Part shown: in pieces, positions 39,101 to 46,971 of the stretch
Layout: each line of letters opens with the position of its first letter
How positions within the stretch are numbered: position 1 is the stretch's first letter
NCBI GenBank assembly: GCA_031441465.1
Contig: JANOEP010000009.1
Coordinates: 64,001 to 128,000 of the forward strand
DNA: 64,000 nucleotides
Reading direction: 5' to 3'
Source of the DNA: a bacterium
GTDB taxonomy: Bacteria > Krumholzibacteriota > Krumholzibacteriia > LZORAL124-64-63
Notes under the pieces: model-generated
Told to the model about the DNA's origin: nothing
The model's input: only the letters and a program-made list of their open reading frames with translations
Database searches by the model: none
Translations under genes and position numbers: made by a program

Positions 39101-42100
39101 AGTCTCGCTCACCTGTTCCTGACGGCCGGAGTCTCGCGGTTCCAGGCCGCGGACGGCGACACGCTGGGCGTGGTGATCGGCAGCGGTGCCGATCTCGATT
39201 TCGGCGGTGGCGTCGCCCTGGTTGGGGCTTGGCCCCTCGACTCACAGGCCCGGCACCGGGTGGACGGCATGGTCTCCGCGCAGATCGACTGCCGGGAACT
39301 GCCGCCGGTCTCCCTCACGGCCGGTGAGGGCCCTGTCCTGGCTTTCGACTTCAGCGTGCCGGGAAACGGTTATCTGGCAGACACCCTGACCCAACTCCAC
39401 CTGGTCAACCAGGGCTCGGCTGCGGTGACGGACATCGCCGCCGTGCAACTCTGGGCCGACGACGGCGACGGGCTCTTCACGCCATCCTCCGACCAATCGA
39501 TGGGCGACCTGGCCGGTGCCGGCGACACCTGGGTCGCCGTCGGGTTGAACGTCGTGGTTCCACCGGCCGGTTTGCGCCTTTTCACCTCTCTGACCGTCAG
39601 CGACGCGCCCGCCGACTCCGCGACTGTCCGGTTCGCATTGCCGGTCGACGGCGTGACCGTATCTTCCAACAACGACGGGCCGCGGGACGCGATCGTCGAA
39701 AGCCCGACCTCGCTGCTGATCTCTACGGCCCCGCTGCTCTCTAACCTCCAGATCGCGCCGCAGCGCAGCACGCTCGGCCAAACGGTGGTCGTGACGATGG
39801 CCGTCACCAACGTCAGCGGCGAGAATGTGACAGGCATCTCGCCTTACGACATCGCGATCGGCGGCGACGGCGAAATGACGACCCTGTCGGGTCCGGAACC
39901 CGCAGCCTTCGATCTCGCCACCGGGGACTCGGGCACGTTCACCTGGACCTTCAGGGCCGAGGCTGTGGGCGACGTCTACGCCGGCGGCCGATGTGCCGGT
40001 ACCGGCGCCGTGGGTGGCCAACCACGTCACTCCCTGGCCACCGCCTCCGGCATGCACCGCATCCTGCATCCGGCCGTGCCCCTGGGCGTCTACCCCGTGG
40101 CGAACCTGCCGTTCTCGATCAACCGCGGCCAGACCGGCGTCATGCCGATGACCCTGACCCTGATCAACTCCGGGGGAACCGGCACGGCGGACATCCGCCT
40201 TACCCGGCTCGTGATGACCCTGGACGACGGCGCGGGCGCCCCCGTGGTGCCGGCCGACCTCATCACGGGCATCACGGTCGCCGAAGGCATCAACGTGTAC
40301 TGCAACGTGCAGGATCCAGAGCTCACCGGACAATCCGTGACCCTCGATCTGACGCCTCCCGTCGTCGTGACCAGCCAGGAGCCCGTCACCATCGGCCTGC
40401 GTCTGGACATCCGGCCGGACACCGCGGTCCGGAGGTTCCGGGCGAGCCTCGTCACCGATGACGACATCACGGCGATCGACCATGTAAGCCTCGCTCCGAT
40501 CGACCCGTTGCTGCTGACGGGTGCTTTTCCGGTATCCTCCGGGACGGGCAACCTGGTGATGCAGGCCACCGGCCTGGTCGTGACACGGGAGGACACGGCA
40601 CCCATCACCGCAGGCAGGGGGCAGGAACAGGTCGAATTGCTGAACTTGAGCCTCCATGGCAGCGGTGACATCGAGTTCCCGGCAGACGTGAGGATCGGCT
40701 CGTTCACCGTATCGCTGGTCGATACGCTGGGTCGGCGCCTGCGGGACGCGCCGGAGAGAATACGGCGCCTGTGCGTGAACGGCTCGATGGCCGTCCATGC
40801 CGAAGTGCTGCTGCAGGCCGCCTCCGACTCCGTGGTCACGTTCCAGCTGATGCCGCCGGTGACGGTGCCCGTGGGCGGAACGGCCGCCCCCCTGCGCATC
40901 GTCGGCCAGGTGCCCGCCGACGCGACGCTGGGTTCCCTGCGCCTGCGGCTCGAATCCAGCACGCTCTTCGACGCGCGCGACGGTAACGTCGGCGAACCCG
41001 TGCCGGTCTCCTACCAGCCGACCGAGATCGAGGGACCGCTCGTCACGATCCAGGCGCCGGCCACGGTTCTCGAAGTTTCCGGAACGCCCCGGTTCCCCGC
41101 CCGGCTCACCATCGGAGCGACCGACACCCCGGCCCTCACGCTCCACCTCGCACACACCGCGATGGTCGGCACGGCGGCGGTGGCTGTCGACACCCTGCGG
41201 CTGACCTGTCTCAGTGAGACGCGCCAGCCACTGGATCCATCCGGAACCTGCGACCGGCTGCGGGTCTACTGGCATGGCAGCCTTTGTGCGGACGTGGCGC
41301 CCTCCGCTTCGGCCGACGGCGTCATCAGGGTTCCCCTGACCGGCGTGCGGATCGCGGCGGGCGAGGCCGCCGATTTCGATCTCGTCTGCGACCTGGAAGC
41401 CGCAACCTCGGCGGCGGGCTTCGAACTCGTGCTGCAGGGCGCGGGAGTCGTCGCCCATGATGTCAACCTTTACACCATCGTCGCCCTGATCCCGGGCAGC
41501 ACCGGCACGTGGCCGTGCACGACGGGCTACGCGCGCCTCGTCGCGCCCGCCGACGAGTTGCTCGTGGATGTCGCCGACCGCATGCCGCCGCTGCTGGCCG
41601 GCGACGACTCGGCGACGGAACTCGTGCAACTGGTCCTGCGCAACGGCGCGCCTTCCGGTTCGGGATCCTTGTACCTGTCCGGGCTGACCCTGCGCGCCTC
41701 GGATGCGGACGGCGGCGCCCGCGCCATGGGCGAGACGTGCCGCGAAATCATCGTGCGCGTCGGCGACACGCTCTGGGCCGGAGTTTCGGATCTCGCCGTC
41801 ACCGATTCGACCGTCGTGCTGACCGGCGAAACACCGCTGTCGATCCCCGCCGGCGAGACCGTCTTCGCCACCGTGCTGGCGAAGTTCCGCGAAGGCGCGG
41901 GCGGCGCCCTGCGCCTCGGGCTGACCCAGGCCGACCTCCAGGCCTCTCGGCCGGACGGCGCGGCCGGCCTCGTTCGCATCCGCCCGGCTCCGGGAGCCAC
42001 GTTCCCGTTCTGGACCGCAGCCGGGCATTTCAGCGGACTCGACCTGGCGTCCAGTTACATCAACTACCCGAATCCCTTCGCGGCCGGACGCGAAGCGACG

Positions 42101-42349
42101 AGCTTCGCGTTCAACCTGCCCCAGGCGGCCGACGTCTCGCTGAGGATTCTTTCGGCCCGGGGAGAGAGCGTCTTCACGCTGTTGGACGGCCTCGCGCTCG
42201 TCGCCGGCCTGCACCAGAACCTGCTCTGGGACGGTCGCAACGGCCAAGACCAGGCGGTGCACAACGGGGTCTATATCGCCGAACTCATTGCGCGCTACAC
42301 GGACGGTCGGCAAGAGCGCTTGTTGAGGAAAGTGGCGGTGGTGCGATGA
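33140..42349 (+). CDS. Giant secreted surface protein (~3070 aa): 3 YTGNG repeats, 10 DUF11 repeats, further beta-sandwich modules, C-terminal FlgD-Ig-like domain
   Basis: Signal peptide (AQA-EV); GxYTGNG...GFxPE three times; ADLxxx...NxGPxxAxG...DPxxxNN ten times; LWADDGDG motifs; C-terminal NYPNPF...WDGRNG...NGVY. Confidence 0.88.
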   Translation: MKESKLGFSRSGVRRGAGMLVAGLCILCGVLSAQAEVNSGRYTGNGAASRAITGAGFQPEIVIIKGDNTESAVIRTATMPAGTSKQLAQDQPMIVNRILGFAADGFNIGNDADVNASGVEYAWVAFSSSPGDLKLGTYTGNGNILRNVTGSGFQPELVFVLGSNSKRPVWRSSAMPWLLAMDFDDFDLRTSLINSFLADGFQVAWNDEVNQSGVVYHYIAWNATPGAITLGQYTGNGHNDQRISSPGFKPEWVLVKDGGDLPAVQKPKELDGHRSGFATPEIFTEQGVRDLEANGFKVGNDPSVNASGRTYYYAAFEDRKVDNSDLEVTLSAAPTALAVGQDVVHTVGLRNNGPDDATGVAVTLHLPVGLSFLSASPGSGSYDSASGVWTLGSLGNNTSAQLTVTSHVEAAASGQVLHATAAISAANETDPNGTDNAAAVDVTVAWMDADLAVAITVGDDRPDEGEQFEYTFSIHNVGPGVTTGVRLQTSVAAGIQIIQAVPGGGTYLPATGVWELASLAAGDVATLIVTARAAPGTAGQTLSATVSISAAVQPDPVAANNAAGVDVVVASSDLSVALTASDTTPDVGQTVTIGLTLVNDGPDAATGIALAAALPTGLTYQSHAAEVGVYDSATGAWTVGPLAAAATASLQITAIIGAGTGGTTLTTTATVTAADRVDPNGANDTASIAVVVTSADLALSLSADDAAPDPGDTVVLTVTLANHGPDDADGITVATSLPFGLGYVSAAPGVGGYSQATGVWSVGDLIEGGTATLQITTTASGAPPGAILVPVATITAAGQSDPVAANNTASFAVVMTVADLALGLSADNTAPNQGDPVVFTITLVNHGPDDASGIAVTTSLPAELTYVGCVPASGVFVPGTGVWTVDDLSASNSTTLRITTSLDGAIGGTNLITGATITAADQGDPALANNSASAAVGVTSADLGLLLAVDDDTPDEHQPVTFSLTLTNHGPNAAGGVVAALSLPGGLTYAGDVADTGGYDHVSGAWTVGGLGVGATATLDVTFTVDGGTAGSELTVSGNISASEQGDAVPGNNAASQIVTVTDADLALSLTVTDSEPDVLQQITFTLGLSNHGPDTADGIAVAALLPAGLTYESDAADQGGYNHLAGLWTVGGLAAGASANLNLTCTVRDGAGGSTLTLSGAVSASNQGDTVTGNNTAARSVIVTSADLALSGSITDATPDEGQQVTRSFILENFGPSEASGVTVAAALPPGMTFVSGTANQGVYDHLTGVWTVGDLAAGAARTLDLTVSVDGGTGGSTLTSSASVATSGQSDPTPANNATSIAVTVTSVDLGLALSVSDSAPDENDTLDYTLKLTNHGPDPATGVGVAVALPAGIGYLGSVPAIGVFDSASGIWSVGNLAAAAATTLRISAVVSTGTAGSSLTVSAGVNAAGQSDPVPANNTATVAVTVGVPTADLSLAAAFDTAEATAGGTAVLRLRLANDGPYQGTGIGVDLTLPAHLTVFDLDPGHGEYDTNTGRWLIPTLAAGAADTLVATCSIASGATGYATAPGAVISAGDQVDPDPSDNIATANLTIAPPPSLRFAVRPFADSRRHLLPGGASDAVLCIDVVNSATAVASLNAIAVRNPAMSGVDQSRQDAAWAGLDLRYRTGGVDVPVPVVDGGNPAGNFVDGTAVFGGLDLALAPGDTLRLALFGAAALDAPDGLVLSPVIEDADALSVPGNFTISGTWPLIAAGVLAVDGMTAAQIMLRPIGAEVFQLDSVRNVALDVTLPGNGGMADHLTRFNVRNHGTATAGNVLTRLELWADDGDGSFDAAGDTRIAPLTWTGDRWEATGLWHPVSAGGLQIYVTVDVAADALGGTVQLGLPAGDDTGVGMASGNDGPNDDPVINPFTQTVSATDRIIAAALPLTSAVVAPGQSGVTMLHLIMRNLYDDARVLTRLQVRNTGRGQGDATQDERDRALSVLSLRRDGNGDGVLGSVTEDPVIGTAVFAAGRAQFTGLNCELQPGSLAHLFLTAGVSRFQAADGDTLGVVIGSGADLDFGGGVALVGAWPLDSQARHRVDGMVSAQIDCRELPPVSLTAGEGPVLAFDFSVPGNGYLADTLTQLHLVNQGSAAVTDIAAVQLWADDGDGLFTPSSDQSMGDLAGAGDTWVAVGLNVVVPPAGLRLFTSLTVSDAPADSATVRFALPVDGVTVSSNNDGPRDAIVESPTSLLISTAPLLSNLQIAPQRSTLGQTVVVTMAVTNVSGENVTGISPYDIAIGGDGEMTTLSGPEPAAFDLATGDSGTFTWTFRAEAVGDVYAGGRCAGTGAVGGQPRHSLATASGMHRILHPAVPLGVYPVANLPFSINRGQTGVMPMTLTLINSGGTGTADIRLTRLVMTLDDGAGAPVVPADLITGITVAEGINVYCNVQDPELTGQSVTLDLTPPVVVTSQEPVTIGLRLDIRPDTAVRRFRASLVTDDDITAIDHVSLAPIDPLLLTGAFPVSSGTGNLVMQATGLVVTREDTAPITAGRGQEQVELLNLSLHGSGDIEFPADVRIGSFTVSLVDTLGRRLRDAPERIRRLCVNGSMAVHAEVLLQAASDSVVTFQLMPPVTVPVGGTAAPLRIVGQVPADATLGSLRLRLESSTLFDARDGNVGEPVPVSYQPTEIEGPLVTIQAPATVLEVSGTPRFPARLTIGATDTPALTLHLAHTAMVGTAAVAVDTLRLTCLSETRQPLDPSGTCDRLRVYWHGSLCADVAPSASADGVIRVPLTGVRIAAGEAADFDLVCDLEAATSAAGFELVLQGAGVVAHDVNLYTIVALIPGSTGTWPCTTGYARLVAPADELLVDVADRMPPLLAGDDSATELVQLVLRNGAPSGSGSLYLSGLTLRASDADGGARAMGETCREIIVRVGDTLWAGVSDLAVTDSTVVLTGETPLSIPAGETVFATVLAKFREGAGGALRLGLTQADLQASRPDGAAGLVRIRPAPGATFPFWTAAGHFSGLDLASSYINYPNPFAAGREATSFAFNLPQAADVSLRILSARGESVFTLLDGLALVAGLHQNLLWDGRNGQDQAVHNGVYIAELIARYTDGRQERLLRKVAVVR
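34109..37810 (+). repeat. Ten tandem ~120-aa DUF11-like coding repeats
   Basis: Repeat starts counted by eye: SDLEV, ADLAV, SDLSV, ADLAL, ADLAL, ADLGL, ADLAL, ADLAL, VDLGL, ADLSL. Confidence 0.85.
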
Positions 42350-44403
42350 AGTCGCGACGGCGTACCGCCGGACGGATTTCCGCAGCAGCAATGGCGCGGC
42401 TGACCGCCGTCGGCATCCTGTGCGGACTGGCTATTCCCTGTTTCGCTCTCGACGACGGAGGGGGACGCTCGGTCTTCGCCACCGGCGCCGGCAACCGCGC
42501 CCTCGGCCTCGGCGGCGCCTTCTGCGCGGTGGCGGACGACGCCAGCGCCGCGATCTGGAATCCGGGTGGTCTGGGCTGGATCGAGCGTAAGGAAGTGCAG
42601 GCGACGCAGACATCCCTCTTCGGGCTGGGATTCAACGAGCAGTACGCGGCCCTGGTTCTTCCCGATTACCGACTAGGCACCGCATCGCTGATCTTCAGGC
42701 ACTTCGGCGTTGACGGCATCGAGAACCGGGACGGTCGCGGCGTGCTGCGCGGTGACGATTTCCAGGATTCCGAGATGGAGATCGGCCTCGGCTTCGGCCG
42801 CGCCATCGGTGCGGCCCTGTCCGTCGGCGGGGCGCTCAAGATGCAGCGCCATACGCTGGCTGATTATTCGGGCAGCGGATATGGCATCGATGTGGGTCTG
42901 CTCGCCCTGCCGCTGTCGTTGGCCGGAGTGCGTGAAGACGGCGCCGGCCTCACGTTCGGCGCGGTCGTGCGCAACCTCGTCGATCCCAAGATCCGACTCG
43001 ATCTGGAGAGTGTGCCCGATCCGACCGCATTCCGCAGCGGACTTGCCTACCGCCGCGATGCAGGCGCCCAAATGGTACTGCTGGCGAGCCTGGACCTCGA
43101 AAAAACCAAGCGCATGGATTCACGACTGCACGCCGGCGTGCAGGCCGAGCTTCGCGAACTGTTCGTCCTTCGCCTCGGCGCCGCGGCCGGCAACCTCACG
43201 GCCGGCGCCAGCGTGCTGTGGCGGGACCTGGGCCTGGACTACCAGTTCGAGGACAACCCCCTCGGTCGCATCCACCGTGTCGGCGTTGCCGTGGTGTTCG
43301 GATCCGACGTGGAGGCTAGCCGCCGCGCTGCGCATGCGGCCGATGCGGCGGCGCTCCAGGAGAAGCTCGACGCGGCTTTCGCGCTGCGCACGGAGCAGCA
43401 GGCCGACCGCCTGGTGCGCGACGCGCGCGACGCGCTGGCCGGCGGACGCTGGGAGGACACGATCGATCTGGTGGAAACTCTGCGCGTCCTGGCGCCCGAC
43501 CACGCCGAAGTCGCCCAACTCACGACGGCGGCCTGGATCGGTCAGGGACAGGCACGGGAACTGGCCGGCGATTTGCCGGCAGCGGCCGTCGCTTACTCGC
43601 ACGCGCTGGCCGCCAGCCCGCGGGACACGACCACGACCTCCCGTCTCGAACGCGTCAGACGCGAGAGCGCCGACTTGGCCGAGCGCAGCCGCGAAACGCG
43701 TGAGCGATTCGAATCCGGCCTCGATGCTTTTTCCCGCGGTGATTTCGCCGTCGCACGCGCAACCTTCACCGATCTGCTCACCTCGCGTCCCGACGATCGC
43801 GATGCATCGATCATGCTGCAGCGGACCGGCGAGGCGATCAGGCGCCGCACGGCGGCGATCCTGGACCAGGCCGAATCCATGTTGGCGGCCGGCCGCTGCG
43901 ACGAAGCTTCGACCTGCTTGGCCGAAGCCGGCGGACTCGACCCGGCGGCCGCGTCGGCGACGGGACTCGCGAATCGAGTCGAACGCTGCCGGGCCGAAGC
44001 CGCCGTCAAGAGCCAGGCTGCAAGAACCGCTCTTACGAATCCGGCCACACGCTCCGACAGCGCACCGGCGGTCCCGCCCCTGAGCGAAGCCCGCCGGCGC
44101 GAACTGGCGGACCTCTATCAGCGCGGCGTGCAGGCGCTCGAGAGCGGACGCAATGCGGATGCGATCCACTATTGGGAGATGGTCTGGTCCGCCAGCGCCG
44201 AGTTCGAGGGCGTCGGCGACCACTTGCTGCAGGAATACCTGACCCTGGGTATGGACAAGTTTGCGAGCGGGCGACTGGAAGAAGCCATGGGCTACTGGGA
44301 ACAGGCCGTTCGCGTAGCGCCGAACGACCAGCGCGCGCTCGGCTACCTGGAGCGCGCACAACGGCAACAGCAGCGAATGGATAGCATCAGTGCCGATCAA
44401 TAG
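42346..44403 (+). CDS. PorV/PorQ (UPF0164)-like beta-barrel fused to a C-terminal TPR region
   Basis: GAGNRALGLGGAFCAVADDASAAIWNPGGL signature; barrel ends at IHRVGVAVVFG; then helical TPR-like repeats; ATGA overlap with the giant gene. Confidence 0.75.
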   Translation: MKSRRRTAGRISAAAMARLTAVGILCGLAIPCFALDDGGGRSVFATGAGNRALGLGGAFCAVADDASAAIWNPGGLGWIERKEVQATQTSLFGLGFNEQYAALVLPDYRLGTASLIFRHFGVDGIENRDGRGVLRGDDFQDSEMEIGLGFGRAIGAALSVGGALKMQRHTLADYSGSGYGIDVGLLALPLSLAGVREDGAGLTFGAVVRNLVDPKIRLDLESVPDPTAFRSGLAYRRDAGAQMVLLASLDLEKTKRMDSRLHAGVQAELRELFVLRLGAAAGNLTAGASVLWRDLGLDYQFEDNPLGRIHRVGVAVVFGSDVEASRRAAHAADAAALQEKLDAAFALRTEQQADRLVRDARDALAGGRWEDTIDLVETLRVLAPDHAEVAQLTTAAWIGQGQARELAGDLPAAAVAYSHALAASPRDTTTTSRLERVRRESADLAERSRETRERFESGLDAFSRGDFAVARATFTDLLTSRPDDRDASIMLQRTGEAIRRRTAAILDQAESMLAAGRCDEASTCLAEAGGLDPAAASATGLANRVERCRAEAAVKSQAARTALTNPATRSDSAPAVPPLSEARRRELADLYQRGVQALESGRNADAIHYWEMVWSASAEFEGVGDHLLQEYLTLGMDKFASGRLEEAMGYWEQAVRVAPNDQRALGYLERAQRQQQRMDSISADQ

Positions 44404-45898
44404 CCGAAAACACCATGGATTCGGCCAATCCGGCGCCGGAGAGATCCCGGCGGACTCGCCCGTTCGGCGCGAACAACGCACGATCAGCATCAAGTTGATC
44501 CTCACCTCGGTCACGACCATCCTGGTCGCCCTGACCGTGGCGGGCGTGGCGCTCGTCACTGAACACAACACCCGGAACACCCTGCAACGGGAGATGGAAA
44601 CCCGCCTGCTGCTCGAAGCGCGCAATCTCGCCCTGCTCAGCACCGACGCCCTGCTGTCCGATTTTCCCGAACTGACCCTCTACCCTGTCGTGCGCGAGAT
44701 GCGGGAAAGGCAGGAACATCTGACGCTGGCCGTCGTCATGGACCACGCAGGACGTGTTCAGGGCCATCAGGATCCGCGCATGCTGGGTCAGCTCGACCCC
44801 TCTCTCGACTCGCTGCAGTCCTGCCCCACCGGAGTCCGGCTCCTCTCAGGCGAAGAACTCCTCTGTGATTCGCAGACCCTGGCCGTCCGCGCGCCGGTCC
44901 GCCATTCGACCGGTCAACTTCTGGGATCGGTGATCGTCGGCCAACGGCGCGACTACGTGGATCACATCCTGGCCGACACGCGCAAGCAGGTGCTCGGACT
45001 CGCCGCCGTGCTCGCGGTCGTCGGAGCTCTCACGGCCGTGCTCCTGATGAGCCGCATGCTGCGGCCGCTTGACGCGCTGCGGCACGGCCTGGAACGGATC
45101 GGTGCCGGCGATCTGGACATCCCGATCAACCTGCACGACCGCACGGAACTCGGACTGCTGGCCAAGACGATGGACGTCATGGCGGCCCAACTCAAGACCT
45201 CGCGCCAGGAATCTCAGGCCAAAGAGCTGGAAATCATCCGGACCCAGCACGACCTGATCGAGACCCTCTGTGTGGTCGTCGAAGGCCGATCCCACGAAAC
45301 GGCGAACCATACCGTTCGCGTAGGACAGTCGTCAGCCCTGCTGGCTCGCCTCGCGGGGCTCGATGCCGATCAGGTCGAACTCATCCGCCAGGCGGCGACG
45401 ATGCACGATCTCGGCAAGATCGCCATTCCCGATTCGGTGCTGAACAAGCCGGGGAAGCTCACCGCTGAGGAATACCGGTTGATGCAAACCCACACCAGCG
45501 TGGGCCATCGGATTCTTGATCAATCCGAAAGGCCGCTGCTCAAGGCGGCCGCGATCGTGGCCCACGCCCACCACGAGCGCTGGGACGGCAAGGGATATCC
45601 GCGGAACCTGCGAGGAGAAGCCATTCACATCTATGGCCGCATCGTCGCCATCTGCGACGTCTTCGACGCCCTGACCAGCGACCGCGTCTACCGGCCCGCC
45701 ATCCCCCTGCCGGAAGCCGTGGCCATCTTGAGGGAGGGGCGCGGATCGCAATTCGACCCGAACCTGCTGGACATCTTCCTGGGCGCCATCGATCGATTCG
45801 ACGCGATGCGAATCGAATTCGCCGACGTTCGGAAACCCGATCCCGCCGCCGTGCTGTCGCCCGCCGCAATACCCGAGCCCGAACCCGTACTCTGTTAA
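44390..45898 (+). CDS. Membrane HAMP + HD-GYP phosphodiesterase
   Basis: Two TMs around a periplasmic domain; HAMP (RPLDAL...DRTELGLLA); ETANHTVRV, MHDLGKI, HHERWDGKGYP and DVFDALTSDRVY. Confidence 0.92.
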   Translation: MPINSRKHHGFGQSGAGEIPADSPVRREQRTISIKLILTSVTTILVALTVAGVALVTEHNTRNTLQREMETRLLLEARNLALLSTDALLSDFPELTLYPVVREMRERQEHLTLAVVMDHAGRVQGHQDPRMLGQLDPSLDSLQSCPTGVRLLSGEELLCDSQTLAVRAPVRHSTGQLLGSVIVGQRRDYVDHILADTRKQVLGLAAVLAVVGALTAVLLMSRMLRPLDALRHGLERIGAGDLDIPINLHDRTELGLLAKTMDVMAAQLKTSRQESQAKELEIIRTQHDLIETLCVVVEGRSHETANHTVRVGQSSALLARLAGLDADQVELIRQAATMHDLGKIAIPDSVLNKPGKLTAEEYRLMQTHTSVGHRILDQSERPLLKAAAIVAHAHHERWDGKGYPRNLRGEAIHIYGRIVAICDVFDALTSDRVYRPAIPLPEAVAILREGRGSQFDPNLLDIFLGAIDRFDAMRIEFADVRKPDPAAVLSPAAIPEPEPVLC

Positions 45899-45926
45899 AC
45901 CATCGAGACGGCGCCGGGCGATCGTT

Positions 45927-46307
45927 TCAATCGGCCATGCCGAGGAACATCCCCCCGGAGTAGGGAATCAGCCAGACCAGCCAGACCACGAGGGAGTAGC
46001 GGTGGAACCCGCGCCGCGCCCCCGCGCTGCCGTGTCGCAGGGTGCGGGTGGCCCAGACCGCATGCGCGAGCATGAGCCACAACGCGAGTTGGCCGGTGAG
46101 CGTGTGCGGGTCGCGCAGGTTGAAGGGTCCGTCGGCGAGGCGGTGCATGGCCAGGGTGCCTGCGACGTCGAACGCGAGGCCGGTCCAGAAGGCCGCGACG
46201 TGCCGCGGCCTCAGGTCGCGGGCGAGCCGTTCGGACCAGACGCCGAGGGAGTAGAAGAGCAGAGCGAGGGAGATGAGCGTGAAGGAGGCGATCGCCGTCG
46301 TCGACAT
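45927..46307 (-). CDS. HsmA-like (TIGR03987-type) small membrane protein
   Basis: ALLFYSLGVWSE...FWTGLAFDVAGTLAM...HTLTGQLALWLMLAHAVWA...FHRYSLVVWLVWLIPY. Confidence 0.75.
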   Translation of the reverse strand: MSTTAIASFTLISLALLFYSLGVWSERLARDLRPRHVAAFWTGLAFDVAGTLAMHRLADGPFNLRDPHTLTGQLALWLMLAHAVWATRTLRHGSAGARRGFHRYSLVVWLVWLIPYSGGMFLGMAD

Positions 46308-46334
46308 GCCGATCGCCTCCCAACGGGCGCGGGA

Positions 46335-46823
46335 TCAGTGGGCGTGCTCGTGGGCGCCATGGGCGGCCGTGTACTTCGCGTACTCGTCGATGGTGCGCTG
46401 GCCGTGCGTGCGGATCATGGCCACAACCTTCGGGTCCTGGCTACTCATCACCGTGACCCAGCCGGCCTTGGTCTGGACCTGGTCCATCTTGGCGCCCGAC
46501 ATCATGAGCTGGCCGTAGGAGGTGCACATGCCGCACATGGGCATCTGTTCGCCGGCCATCATCTTCGCGCCGCAGGCTTCGAAGGTAGCCATGAGCTTCT
46601 TGTAGCGCTCGTCGTAACCGGCGGGGTAGGTCGTGACTTCCATCATGCCGCCGGCCAACAGGTAGGTGTCCCAAGTCATGTGGTCGAACAGATCCTGGTC
46701 TGCCATGAGGTTCTTGCACATGCCGCAGTTTTCGAGGTCGAGCCAGGCCTTCTCCGAGGCTAGGGCGGCGCCGGCGCCCAGCAGAGCGAAGGCCAGCGCC
46801 AGAATCGTGACGATCTTCTTCAT
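46335..46823 (-). CDS. Secreted Met/Cys/His-rich hypothetical protein (two CGMC motifs)
   Basis: GGGAG RBS, signal peptide MKKIVTILAL, ENCGMCK, PMCGMCT and tail AAHGAHEHAH. Confidence 0.75.
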   Translation of the reverse strand: MKKIVTILALAFALLGAGAALASEKAWLDLENCGMCKNLMADQDLFDHMTWDTYLLAGGMMEVTTYPAGYDERYKKLMATFEACGAKMMAGEQMPMCGMCTSYGQLMMSGAKMDQVQTKAGWVTVMSSQDPKVVAMIRTHGQRTIDEYAKYTAAHGAHEHAH

Positions 46824-46971
46824 CTTTTCTCTCCCTTGAATAAATGGTCCACAATCCCAGCCAAGATACTCGAGGGTGTCGATTATGGAAATCAAGATCG
46901 TCTCCGATTTACCCTAGGCAAAGTGGCGGAACCGGCGGCGGTCGATCTCACCTCTCACTGGCAGGCCGACA

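Noticed and set aside
33149..42391. Very long antisense/alternative-frame ORFs (33149..36046, 36086..39112, 39242..42391; likewise 6949..10029, 19864..22581, 59058..62618)
   Set aside because: Shadow ORFs expected in high-GC DNA opposite well-supported genes; no recognisable motifs.
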